A stretch of 64,000 nucleotides of DNA from Pseudomonadota bacterium (GTDB lineage Bacteria; Pseudomonadota; Gammaproteobacteria; Acidiferrobacterales; UBA6901). How positions within the stretch are numbered: the first letter of the stretch is position 1; each line of letters begins with the position of its first letter. Positions 28,480-36,850 of the stretch are shown one piece after another. The notes under the pieces were generated by a model, which made no database searches, was not told the origin of the DNA, and saw nothing but the letters and a program-made list of their open reading frames with translations. A program made the translations under genes and the position numbers. The stretch lies in contig DAHXOO010000008.1 of NCBI GenBank assembly GCA_027364845.1, positions 121 to 64,120 of the forward strand, in the 5' to 3' direction.

Positions 28480-28960
28480 CGGGAGGCCCGTCTGTAGCAA
28501 GAGCGCGGCGACACAGCTGATGGCAGCCAAAAATGTCAACGCGCGATCCAGGTTACGGGCATCAACCAAGCTGCGACTGTAGAATGCCGGATGTATCCCG
28601 CCAGCATGAAGGATCTCCACGGCTGCGAAATCATAGGCTTTGCGAAAGGCGGCCGTGCGACCCAAGACCCAGCGGGCCCGTGGTCTGCTTCAGGCCGTTG
28701 CCGCCAGGTGATCCGCGCCATAGAAACTGCCACGACAACGCTCTGGCGGAAAGCTTCAGGAGCAGATGCAAATACGAACTGTTGCATCGGTACTGTCATA
28801 GAACCGCCGAGCAGACACGCTGTGAGATCACTAATACATCAAAATCTTCCAAGATCGCAAGCAGCGGCACTCGCGATCCAGGTATTCATCGCCGGCGGCA
28901 TACACGCACTGGTACCGCCGTCGGCGGCAAATGGCATGATACGGCAATTTTTAGATTCTA
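28480..28960 (+). pseudogene. IS3-family transposase OrfB (integrase core) remnant with multiple frameshifts
   Basis: Fragments are spread over two plus-strand frames: DLHGCEIIGFAKGGRATQD (cf. DLFSRxIVGWAxxxRMxxxL) and NCHDNALAESFRSRCKYELLHRY (cf. GNCYDNAxAESFFxxLKxEL). No intact ORF remains. Confidence 0.5.
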
Positions 28961-29047
28961 CTATTGTCGATCGTGGGTCATGAGGCCGTTGACCGGAACG
29001 ACGTCCGGCCCTATATTTGATACAAGATCACTTCAGACAAGCGGGAC

Positions 29048-29275
29048 ATGGACAGCGAAAACCTGGCAAAACTTGAAGAGCGCATCAATGAGCTCATCGA
29101 TACCTGCCGACGCTTAAATCGCGAAAATCATGCGCTGCAGTCGGATCGCAGGAATCTTGCAGACGAGCACGGAAATCTTGCGGACGAGCACGCACGCCTG
29201 GTGGAGAAAACCCAGATCGCGCGCGCGCGCATCGAGGCGATGATCGGCCGCTTAAAGGCACTGGAGCGCAGCTAA
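29048..29275 (+). CDS. ZapB-like coiled-coil protein (TIGR02449-type small protein found upstream of zapA)
   Basis: 75 aa of continuous heptad coiled coil (LEERINELIDTCRRLNRENHALQ...), immediately upstream of zapA. Confidence 0.7.
   Translation: MDSENLAKLEERINELIDTCRRLNRENHALQSDRRNLADEHGNLADEHARLVEKTQIARARIEAMIGRLKALERS
29153..29194 (+). repeat. 21-bp tandem duplication inside the zapB-like gene
   Basis: AATCTTGCAGACGAGCACGGA / AATCTTGCGGACGAGCACGCA (19 of 21 identical) encodes NLADEHG/NLADEHA, exactly one heptad. Confidence 0.9.
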
Positions 29276-29581
29276 GTGAAGACCGCGCAGGGGGGAGTCA
29301 ACATTTCGATTCTGGGCAAGGATCTAATGGTAGCGTGCCCAGACAGTGAACGCACTGCACTGATTGCCGCTGCGCGTTATCTCGACGAGAAGATGCGCGA
29401 AATCCAGGACAGCGGGAAGGTCATCGGAGCCGAGCGCTGCGCGGTAATGGCTGCGCTGAACCTCGCCAATGAGCTTCTGGAATTGCGCAAGCAGGCTACG
29501 AGCGTTCCGGCCGACATCGATCACCGGCTGCAGTTTCTGCGGGGCAAGATTGATGCTGCCTTGCATGAAGAGATCCTGTAA
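29276..29581 (+). CDS. zapA: cell division protein ZapA
   Basis: 101 aa with VNISILGKDLMVACPDSERTALIAAARYLDEKM... and ...AVMAALNLANELLE. GTG start abuts the upstream stop. Confidence 0.85.
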   Translation: MKTAQGGVNISILGKDLMVACPDSERTALIAAARYLDEKMREIQDSGKVIGAERCAVMAALNLANELLELRKQATSVPADIDHRLQFLRGKIDAALHEEIL

Positions 29582-29616
29582 ATTTTGCTTTTCTCGATTT
29601 TGGCATGCAGAGTTAT

Positions 29617-29804
29617 GGCGCCCTCTGCAGTGTACGTATCCGCTTTTGGTCCCTTGAACCTATATTTTCAATGCCTGGGGGCCGCTAAAGCAGATGCTGT
29701 TGTGCAAGTCCGCCTCGTAGCGGAACGCCTGATGTGTCTCAGTGGCTCCCACCTGGACCTTCGGTTCAGGGCAAAGGGGCGGTACGGCACAGGCGGAGGG
29801 CGCC
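29617..29804 (+). ncRNA. ssrS: 6S RNA
   Basis: Sits in the conserved slot between zapA and 5-formyl-THF cyclo-ligase. The 5' GGCGCCCTCTGC pairs with the 3' GCGGAGGGCGCC (12 bp, one G-U), continued by interrupted helices (GTG/CAC, GTA/TAC, CCGC/GCGG). About 188 nt with an A/U-rich central region. Ends are approximate. Confidence 0.75.
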
Positions 29805-29814
29805 TCCTTTTCGT

Positions 29815-30414
29815 GTGAGCACGATTGCATCGAAGACCGAGCAGCGGCAGCGCTTGCGGAACATGCGCGCTGCTTTGCGGCCAGCGCAACAGACGCGGGC
29901 CGCAGCGCTGTTGGCAAGCAGGGTCGCGGCTACGTCGATGTTCCGTTCGGCGCGTCGGGTAGCCTGTTATCTTCCCACCGACGGCGAAATCGATCCGCGT
30001 CCGCTGATGCAGCGCATGTGGCAAATGCGCAAGCACTGCTACCTGCCCATCCTGTCGCGCCTTTTCTATGACCGGCTGTGGTTCGCGCCGGTGATGCCAC
30101 ACTCCAGATTCTTGCTGAACCGCTTCGGCATTCCGGAGCCAGTGACCGCGCCACGCAAATGGGTGCGCGCGCAAGAACTCGATCTGATATTGCTACCGCT
30201 GGTCGGGTTTGACCTGAAGGGCAATCGCCTCGGAATGGGCGGCGGATTCTACGACCGCAGCCTTGAATTTCTGCGCGGACGCTGCTGCTGGATGCGTCCC
30301 AAGCTGATCGGGCTGGCGCATGACTTCCAGAGGCTGGAGAACCTTGTTCCGTCACCCTGGGACGTACCACTCCAGGGTGTCGCGACAGATTGCGCACTCT
30401 ACCTGACGGCGTGA
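29815..30414 (+). CDS. 5-formyltetrahydrofolate cyclo-ligase
   Basis: KTEQRQRLRNMRAAL..., YLPTDGEIDP, and the GFDLKGNRLGMGGGFYDR motif. The GTG start is chosen just 3' of the 6S RNA; the longer ORF 29734 would overlap the RNA. Confidence 0.85.
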   Translation: MSTIASKTEQRQRLRNMRAALRPAQQTRAAALLASRVAATSMFRSARRVACYLPTDGEIDPRPLMQRMWQMRKHCYLPILSRLFYDRLWFAPVMPHSRFLLNRFGIPEPVTAPRKWVRAQELDLILLPLVGFDLKGNRLGMGGGFYDRSLEFLRGRCCWMRPKLIGLAHDFQRLENLVPSPWDVPLQGVATDCALYLTA

Positions 30415-30468
30415 GCGACAACTACCGGCCGTCACTTGCGGTATCCGATTCTCAACGAGCACAGGACG

Positions 30469-31128
30469 ATGCCCATCCCCAGACTTATCATAGGAAACAA
30501 AAACTATTCCTCCTGGTCACTGCGGCCGTGGTTGGTCATGAAACAGACCGGAATCCTCTTTGAAGAACTGCGCATCGCCCTATATACGAACAGCGCGAAA
30601 CAGGAAATTCTGCGTCACTCGCCCTCCGGAAAGGTGCCAGCGCTGGAAGATGGAGAACTTGTGATTTGGGACTCTCTGGCGATCTGCGAATACCTCGCGG
30701 AGTGTCACCCGGGCAAGGGGCTTTGGCCTGAAGATCCGACCGCGCGATCGATTGCGCGATCGATAAGTGCAGAAATGCATTCGGGCTTTGCCAATCTACG
30801 AAGCAACATGTCGATGAACTGCCGTGGCTCGTTCCCGGGAAAGGGCCGGACACCTGGCGTGGTCGCGGAAATCGAGCGCGTTACCAGCATATGGAATGAA
30901 TGCCGGCGTCGCTTCGATGCTGGCGGCCCCATGCTTTTTGGGCGTTTCACAATAGCCGACGCAATGTATGCGCCAATCGTGCTTCGGTTCATCACCTATG
31001 CGGTGGAAACTGACCCAGTGGCAACGGCCTATGTACGGACCATCGCGGCCCTTCCAGCGGTGCAAGAGTGGTGCGACAGTGCGCGCGCCGAGCCCGAGTC
31101 CATCCCGCAGTTCGAGAAGTATTCATGA
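30469..31128 (+). CDS. glutathione S-transferase family protein
   Basis: LIIGNKNYSSWSLRPW N-terminal thioredoxin-like domain, VPALEDGELVIWDSLAICEYL, and an alpha-helical C-terminal domain. Confidence 0.8.
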   Translation: MPIPRLIIGNKNYSSWSLRPWLVMKQTGILFEELRIALYTNSAKQEILRHSPSGKVPALEDGELVIWDSLAICEYLAECHPGKGLWPEDPTARSIARSISAEMHSGFANLRSNMSMNCRGSFPGKGRTPGVVAEIERVTSIWNECRRRFDAGGPMLFGRFTIADAMYAPIVLRFITYAVETDPVATAYVRTIAALPAVQEWCDSARAEPESIPQFEKYS

Positions 31129-31613
31129 TCCACGGCAGCCGGACGCCCGTGCGGTACTGGCTGTTCAAATCTGAGCCAGCTGCCTTTGGCATTGCTGAGC
31201 TTAAGAGGCGCAAGAACCACACCGAGCACTGGGATGGCGTAAGGAACTTCCAAGCGCGCAATTTCATGCGCGATGAAATGCAAGCCGGCGATCTGGGTTT
31301 CCTTTACCATTCAAGCTGTGCCGAGCCGGCCATTGTGGGCATCATGGAGATCGTACGGCCAGGTTATCCGGACTTCACCGCTTTTGACCCCCTTGAACCT
31401 CACTACGACCCGAAAAGCACGCTGCAACGGCCACTATGGTACATGGTTGATGTGCGCCTCAAGCGCGAATTCAGGCGACCGATTACGCTGCGCGAACTGA
31501 AAACGCACCCGGCGCTCGTCGGCATGCGTCTGCTCGCTCGCGGCAATCGGCTATCGGTCATGCCGGTGGATCGGCGCGAATGGGATTATATTCTCAGACT
31601 GGAGCGCCGTTGA
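31125..31613 (+). CDS. EVE (PUA-like) domain protein
   Basis: YWLFKSEPAAF...WDGVRNFQARNFMRDEMQAGDLGFLYHS...IVGIMEIV...WYMVDV. ATGA overlap with the upstream GST. Confidence 0.85.
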   Translation: MIHGSRTPVRYWLFKSEPAAFGIAELKRRKNHTEHWDGVRNFQARNFMRDEMQAGDLGFLYHSSCAEPAIVGIMEIVRPGYPDFTAFDPLEPHYDPKSTLQRPLWYMVDVRLKREFRRPITLRELKTHPALVGMRLLARGNRLSVMPVDRREWDYILRLERR

Positions 31614-32287
31614 CTGCGCTCTATCACTTTTGGTGGTCTCCCGAGGCACAGCGCGTTCGCCTTGCCTTGGGCTACAAGGGTATCGTCTACGAAGACCGAC
31701 CGATCGCATTTGATGACGACGAAACATTTTTCGCGCTGGGCGTAGCACGCACCGTCCCGGTGCTGCAGTGCGATGACGGCACGCTGCTGACGGATTCGGC
31801 CACGATACTCCGACAGCTGGACCATTACTGGCCACACCGTCCGATCTATGAAGGTATCCTGACCGCAGCCACATGGGATGCACTGCTGGGCTGGCGCCAA
31901 TCGGCCGATGCGCTGCTAACTCGACTGCACGCGCCCGTGCTTCCCGCCTACCGGGGTATAGGAGACAGCGAACAGAACTTGGCAGCCTACAAGTCCGAAG
32001 TTTCCCGCCGCTTCGGTGCGAGCGTGGAAGAGCTGTCGAATGATCGCTATGGGGCCTTTGGCCAGCTGATGCAGGTGGCGCGGCTCAGGGAACTCGCCAT
32101 CCGTCTGGCGAAGAACCGGTTCTATCTGGGACAGCCGTCTGCCGCCGATATGCTGCTCGCCGCAGACCTGTTCCCTCTCCAACTGCTCGACGGCGTAACC
32201 CTGCCAATCGACCTGATGTATTACATCCAAAGGGTCGAGGATACCTGCCAAACCGGACTGCGCGACGGCCTGCTGGCGTCACTGTGA
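31610..32287 (+). CDS. glutathione S-transferase-like protein (thioredoxin-fold N domain)
   Basis: LYHFWWSPEAQRVRLALGYKGIVYE...VPVLQCDDGTLLTDSATILRQLD. A TTG start overlaps the EVE stop (TTGA); start choice is tentative. Confidence 0.65.
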   Translation: MTALYHFWWSPEAQRVRLALGYKGIVYEDRPIAFDDDETFFALGVARTVPVLQCDDGTLLTDSATILRQLDHYWPHRPIYEGILTAATWDALLGWRQSADALLTRLHAPVLPAYRGIGDSEQNLAAYKSEVSRRFGASVEELSNDRYGAFGQLMQVARLRELAIRLAKNRFYLGQPSAADMLLAADLFPLQLLDGVTLPIDLMYYIQRVEDTCQTGLRDGLLASL

Positions 32288-32493
32288 CGGGCTGCAGCAC
32301 CGGTGGTACTTGTCAAAAACAAGGGATTCTTGAACAATGATAGGCAATGCTGCCTTTTGCAATATCCAGAACGGCGTTAGCTTGCCAAATCCAGTAATTG
32401 AAAAATGTGGCCGCTGATGGACCTGGTGCCAAGTGCCGATAGTATCAGGTGGCGGCATTTTCCGACCACCTGACTGACAACTGAGAACTCCCA

Positions 32494-33102
32494 ATGCATG
32501 ATTTATCGCGTAAACTGATCCGCGCCTTGGCTGCACTACTATTCACCGTTGCTGCCGCCAGCGCCCACGCCAAACAGCAATCGGGTCCAGCGCATGATCC
32601 GATAGTACGAATGGTCACCACTCTCGGCACTGTTGAGATGGAACTCTTTCCAGACAAGTCACCCGCGACGGTGAAAAATTTCCTGTACTACGTGAACTCC
32701 GGTTTCTATAACGGCACTATTTTCCACCGTGTCATTCCCGGGTTCATGATCCAGGGCGGCGGCTTCAAACCGGGGATGCATCTGAAACCGACACGCGCTC
32801 CAATCCGCAACGAGGCCGACAATGGACTCCAGAATACGGTTGGCACCATCGCCATGGCACGCACCGGCGACCCGAACTCAGCCACTGCGCAATTCTTCAT
32901 CAACACCGCCGACAACCCGTTTCTCGACCACCGCGACGACAGCATAAGTGGCTGGGGTTACACCGTTTTTGGAAAGGTTATCAAGGGAATGGACGTAGTA
33001 CGGAAGATCGAAGCCGTACCCACAGGAACCCGCGGGCCGTTTGCTGATGTGCCATTACATAATGTCTTGATCAAAAAGATAGGCCTGTCAGGATACCGGT
33101 AG
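32494..33102 (+). CDS. ppiA: periplasmic peptidyl-prolyl cis-trans isomerase (cyclophilin type)
   Basis: Signal peptide (AAASAHA) followed by cyclophilin motifs [21 protein letters not shown] and SATAQFFIN. Confidence 0.9.
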   Translation: MHDLSRKLIRALAALLFTVAAASAHAKQQSGPAHDPIVRMVTTLGTVEMELFPDKSPATVKNFLYYVNSGFYNGTIFHRVIPGFMIQGGGFKPGMHLKPTRAPIRNEADNGLQNTVGTIAMARTGDPNSATAQFFINTADNPFLDHRDDSISGWGYTVFGKVIKGMDVVRKIEAVPTGTRGPFADVPLHNVLIKKIGLSGYR

Positions 33103-33129
33103 TCCGCGTGCCCGGCACCAACCCACAAT

Positions 33130-34641
33130 TCAACCGAGAAACAGCTTATACGCTGGATTCGACGTTTCCTCGACAAATTCGTACCCAAGCTTGTCGAGGA
33201 ACTGCCGAAACGCGATCTTGTCCGAAGGAGGAACCTGCATTCCCACCAGCACGCGGCCGAAATCAGCGCCGTGGTTGCGATAGTGAAACAGGCTGATGTT
33301 CCAGGACTGGCCCATTTTATCCAGAAAATTCATGAGCGCCCCGGGGCGCTCGGGAAATTCGAAGCGGTAAAGGATCTCGTGCAGAACATTTGGCGCGTGG
33401 CCACCGACCAAATGGCGGATGTGAAGCTTGGCCATCTCGTTGTCGGTCATGTCCAGAGTGTCGTACCCGTCAGTACGCAGGGTTGCAATCAGATCGTCGG
33501 CTTCTTGCATATCCTGGATTCGCACCCCCACAAAAACGTGGGCACTGCTGGGACTGGAATAGCGATAGTTAAACTCCGTGATCAGGCGATGGCCAACGAC
33601 GGCGCAGAACCTGCGGAAGCTGCCGGGCACCTCTGGTATGGTCACAGCCAGTATTGCTTCGCGCCGCTCGCCGACTTCGGCGCGTTCCGCAACATGACGC
33701 AGGCGGTCGAAGTTCATGTTCGCGCCTGACGCAATTGCAACCAGCTGCCTGTCACGCAGCGAATCGCGCTCGATGTATTTCTTCATGCCAGCAACGGAAA
33801 GGGCGCCCGCGGGCTCGAGTATGGAACGCGTGTCTTCGAAGATGTCCTTGATAGCGGCACAGATCTCGTCGTTACTGACAAGGATTATTTCGTCCACGAA
33901 CTTTTGTGCGAGCCGGAACGTTTCCTCGCCGACCTGACGCACAGCAACGCCGTCTGCGAAGATACCCACATGGTCGAGCATGATCCGGCGACCGGCGGAA
34001 AGCGAGCGGTACATCGCGTCCGCCTCCTCGGGCTCAACACCGATTACCTTGATATCCGGTCGCAGGGATTTTATGTAGACCGCAATGCCGCCGATGAGTC
34101 CGCCGCCGCCTACCGGAACGAAGACGGCATGCAAATCACGGGTGTGTTGCTTGAGTATCTCCACAGCGATGGTTCCCTGCCCGGTGATGACATCGGGGTC
34201 ATCGTACGGATGAACAAAGGTCAGGCCGCGTTCCGCCCCAAGCCGCATTGCAAAGGCATACGCGGCATCGTAGTTATCGCCGTGAAGCAGCACCTCGCCC
34301 CCCAGATTACGGACCGCGTCGATCTTGATCTCCGGCGTCGTAACCGGCATCACAATCAGCGCGTACGTGCCGAGCTTGGCTGCCGCCAGTGCAACCCCCT
34401 GGGCATGGTTACCTGCGGACGCAGCCACAACCCCACGCGCAAGAATGGTACTCGGCAGTGATGCCATTTTGTTGTAGGCGCCGCGGCACTTGAACGAGAA
34501 AACCGGCTGCTGGTCTTCGCGCTTGAGCCAGACCTGGTTGCCTAGACGGCGCGAGAGATTGGGAGCGAAATCGAGCGAAGTCTCTTTGGCAACTTCGTAG
34601 ACACGTGTGGCGAGAATCTTTTCAAGATAACGCTGAGGCAT
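33130..34641 (-). CDS. ilvA: biosynthetic threonine ammonia-lyase (threonine deaminase)
   Basis: 503 aa with the PLP lysine motif SFKCRGAYN, the GGGGL loop, and two C-terminal ACT-like regulatory repeats. Confidence 0.92.
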   Translation of the reverse strand: MPQRYLEKILATRVYEVAKETSLDFAPNLSRRLGNQVWLKREDQQPVFSFKCRGAYNKMASLPSTILARGVVAASAGNHAQGVALAAAKLGTYALIVMPVTTPEIKIDAVRNLGGEVLLHGDNYDAAYAFAMRLGAERGLTFVHPYDDPDVITGQGTIAVEILKQHTRDLHAVFVPVGGGGLIGGIAVYIKSLRPDIKVIGVEPEEADAMYRSLSAGRRIMLDHVGIFADGVAVRQVGEETFRLAQKFVDEIILVSNDEICAAIKDIFEDTRSILEPAGALSVAGMKKYIERDSLRDRQLVAIASGANMNFDRLRHVAERAEVGERREAILAVTIPEVPGSFRRFCAVVGHRLITEFNYRYSSPSSAHVFVGVRIQDMQEADDLIATLRTDGYDTLDMTDNEMAKLHIRHLVGGHAPNVLHEILYRFEFPERPGALMNFLDKMGQSWNISLFHYRNHGADFGRVLVGMQVPPSDKIAFRQFLDKLGYEFVEETSNPAYKLFLG

Positions 34642-34773
34642 TGATCTAATTTACCAGAAACCAGTCGGCTTCGCAGTACGCATTCCGGTGTTGGGATGAG
34701 CAGTTCGACAGCGACCCTTGTTTTAGGGCCGGCACTGACGGTATTCTCGACATGCAGAAGCGCATGAGGGGGG

Positions 34774-35433
34774 TTGATGACACAGGATGACATGAAGAAG
34801 GCGGCCGCGCAGGCGGCCCTCGAGTACGTTGGCAGCGGGGGTGTAATTGGCGTCGGCACCGGTTCGACCGCGAACTACTTCATCGATGCGCTGGCCACGA
34901 TCAAGGGGCGGATTGACGGGGCCGTCGCTAGCTCCAATGCTACTGCCGAACGGCTCAAAAAGTACGGTATACCGGTGGTTGACCTCAATGCCACTGGGAG
35001 CCTTAAGCTTTATGTCGACGGTGCCGACGAGGCCACCCGCCACCTGCACTTGATAAAAGGCGGCGGTGGCGCCCTCACCCGCGAGAAGATCATCGCCGCC
35101 GCAAGCGAGACTTTCGTATGCGTCGCTGACGAAACAAAGCTGGCCGACGTCCTTGGCAAATTTCCTTTGCCCATAGAAGTCATTCCGATGGCGCGCAGTT
35201 ACGTCGCCCGCGAGATAGTCAAGCTTGGCGGTGAACCGGTACTGCGGCAGGGATTCACGACCGACAATGGCAACGTGATTTTGGACGTGTACAACCTCAA
35301 CATCCTGAACCCAGTTGAACTTGAGCGAACGCTCAATCAGATTGCCGGCGCAGTTACCAATGGCCTATTCGCGCACCGGCCAGCGGATGTGCTGATCCTC
35401 GGCACCAAGACCGGCGTGCAGACCCTCAAGTGA
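34774..35433 (+). CDS. rpiA: ribose-5-phosphate isomerase A
   Basis: [20 protein letters not shown] and [11 protein letters not shown] motifs. Confidence 0.92.
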   Translation: MMTQDDMKKAAAQAALEYVGSGGVIGVGTGSTANYFIDALATIKGRIDGAVASSNATAERLKKYGIPVVDLNATGSLKLYVDGADEATRHLHLIKGGGGALTREKIIAAASETFVCVADETKLADVLGKFPLPIEVIPMARSYVAREIVKLGGEPVLRQGFTTDNGNVILDVYNLNILNPVELERTLNQIAGAVTNGLFAHRPADVLILGTKTGVQTLK

Positions 35434-35449
35434 CCCTGTGCACGCAGGT

Positions 35450-36841
35450 CTAAGTAAAGCTGCGGTTGATCTGAATGTTCAGCTTCTTGATGCGATGCCA
35501 CAAACTGCGCTCGGATATGCCCAGGCGCTTTGCGGCGTGTGCCTGTATTCCTCCACACTGCTCCAGGGCCTTGAGTATTGCGCGCCGCTCGACGTCTGCC
35601 AGCCAGTTATCAAGATCCTGATCGTTGCTTCTGTCGGTCGCTAAGTCAGGATCCAGCGTTTGCGCCGTGGCACCGCGTATCGCCTCGGGAAGATCCTGAA
35701 CATCTATCTCCTTGCCCTTGCATGACAGCAATGAACGCTCTACTGCATTGCGCAGTTCGCGCACGTTGCCAGGCCAGGGATAGTGCAGCAGAACCTCAAG
35801 AGTCCCCGGAGTGAAGCGCTGCACCAGCTTATCCGTTTCCTGGGAAATCTCTCGCAGGAAAGAATCGGCAAGCAGAACGATATCCGCGCCGCGCTCGCGC
35901 AACGGCGGCACCACTATATTGTAGACGTCGAGGCGGTAAAGCAGGTCCTCGCGAAATCTGCCCTGCCGCACCAGTTCCTTGAGGTCACGGTTGGTCGCCG
36001 CAAGGAATCGCACATCGGCACTGCGGACCTGATCGCTTCCGACCGGGAAAAACTCGCGTTCCTGCAGAACGCGCAGCAACTTCGCCTGCAGCGCTGGAGC
36101 GAGATCTCCGATTTCGTCGAGAAACAACGTTCCCCCCTGGGCTTGCTCAAGACGCCCAGAACGGTTTTTCGATGCGCCGGTAAACGCTCCCTTGACGTAG
36201 CCAAAGAGCTCACTTTCCATGAGATCATGCGGGATCGCCGAACAGTTGATCGCCACCCATGGGTACTGGGACCGCGGACTGGTTTCGTGGATTGTGCGTG
36301 CAACCAGCTCCTTGCCGGTTCCACTTTCTCCGGTGATCAGCACGCTGGTGCGGTATGGCGCGACACGCCGGATCTCTTCCAGCAGACACTGTATCGCCTG
36401 GCTTGCTCCCATCAAGTGCCGGCGCGCGAGCGACTCGGTCACAGTCTCCTTGAGACGCTGGTTTTCGCGCAGAATATCGCGCAGCTTGATCGCATTGTGG
36501 ACAGCGATTTCCAGCTCCTCCGGCTCGAACGGCTTGGTCAGATAATCGGTTGCCCCAGCATGGATGCTTTTCACGGCCGAGCGGATGGTGCCGTGGGCTG
36601 TGACCACGATCACCGGGACATCGGGCCGATCTTCGTGACAACGCCGGATGAAATCCTCCCCGCCCATGCCCGGCATTTTCAGGTCGGAAAGGACGACATC
36701 GAGATTCGGATTTGTCAGATGTGCGATCCCGGCCTCACCGCCATCGGCGACCTCCACGCCATAGCCAGCGTCCTCCAGAATCATGCGTATAACTGTCTGC
36801 ATGTTCTGCTCGTCATCGACCACTAGAACGGTTCGTTTCAT
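35450..36841 (-). CDS. sigma-54-dependent two-component response regulator (NtrC family)
   Basis: REC domain (VLVVDDE...DLKMPGM), AAA+ domain with GESGTGKE and an intact GAFTGA loop, and a C-terminal Fis-type HTH (AAKRLGISERSLWHRIKKL). Confidence 0.9.
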   Translation of the reverse strand: MKRTVLVVDDEQNMQTVIRMILEDAGYGVEVADGGEAGIAHLTNPNLDVVLSDLKMPGMGGEDFIRRCHEDRPDVPVIVVTAHGTIRSAVKSIHAGATDYLTKPFEPEELEIAVHNAIKLRDILRENQRLKETVTESLARRHLMGASQAIQCLLEEIRRVAPYRTSVLITGESGTGKELVARTIHETSPRSQYPWVAINCSAIPHDLMESELFGYVKGAFTGASKNRSGRLEQAQGGTLFLDEIGDLAPALQAKLLRVLQEREFFPVGSDQVRSADVRFLAATNRDLKELVRQGRFREDLLYRLDVYNIVVPPLRERGADIVLLADSFLREISQETDKLVQRFTPGTLEVLLHYPWPGNVRELRNAVERSLLSCKGKEIDVQDLPEAIRGATAQTLDPDLATDRSNDQDLDNWLADVERRAILKALEQCGGIQAHAAKRLGISERSLWHRIKKLNIQINRSFT

Positions 36842-36850
36842 GAATTACAC

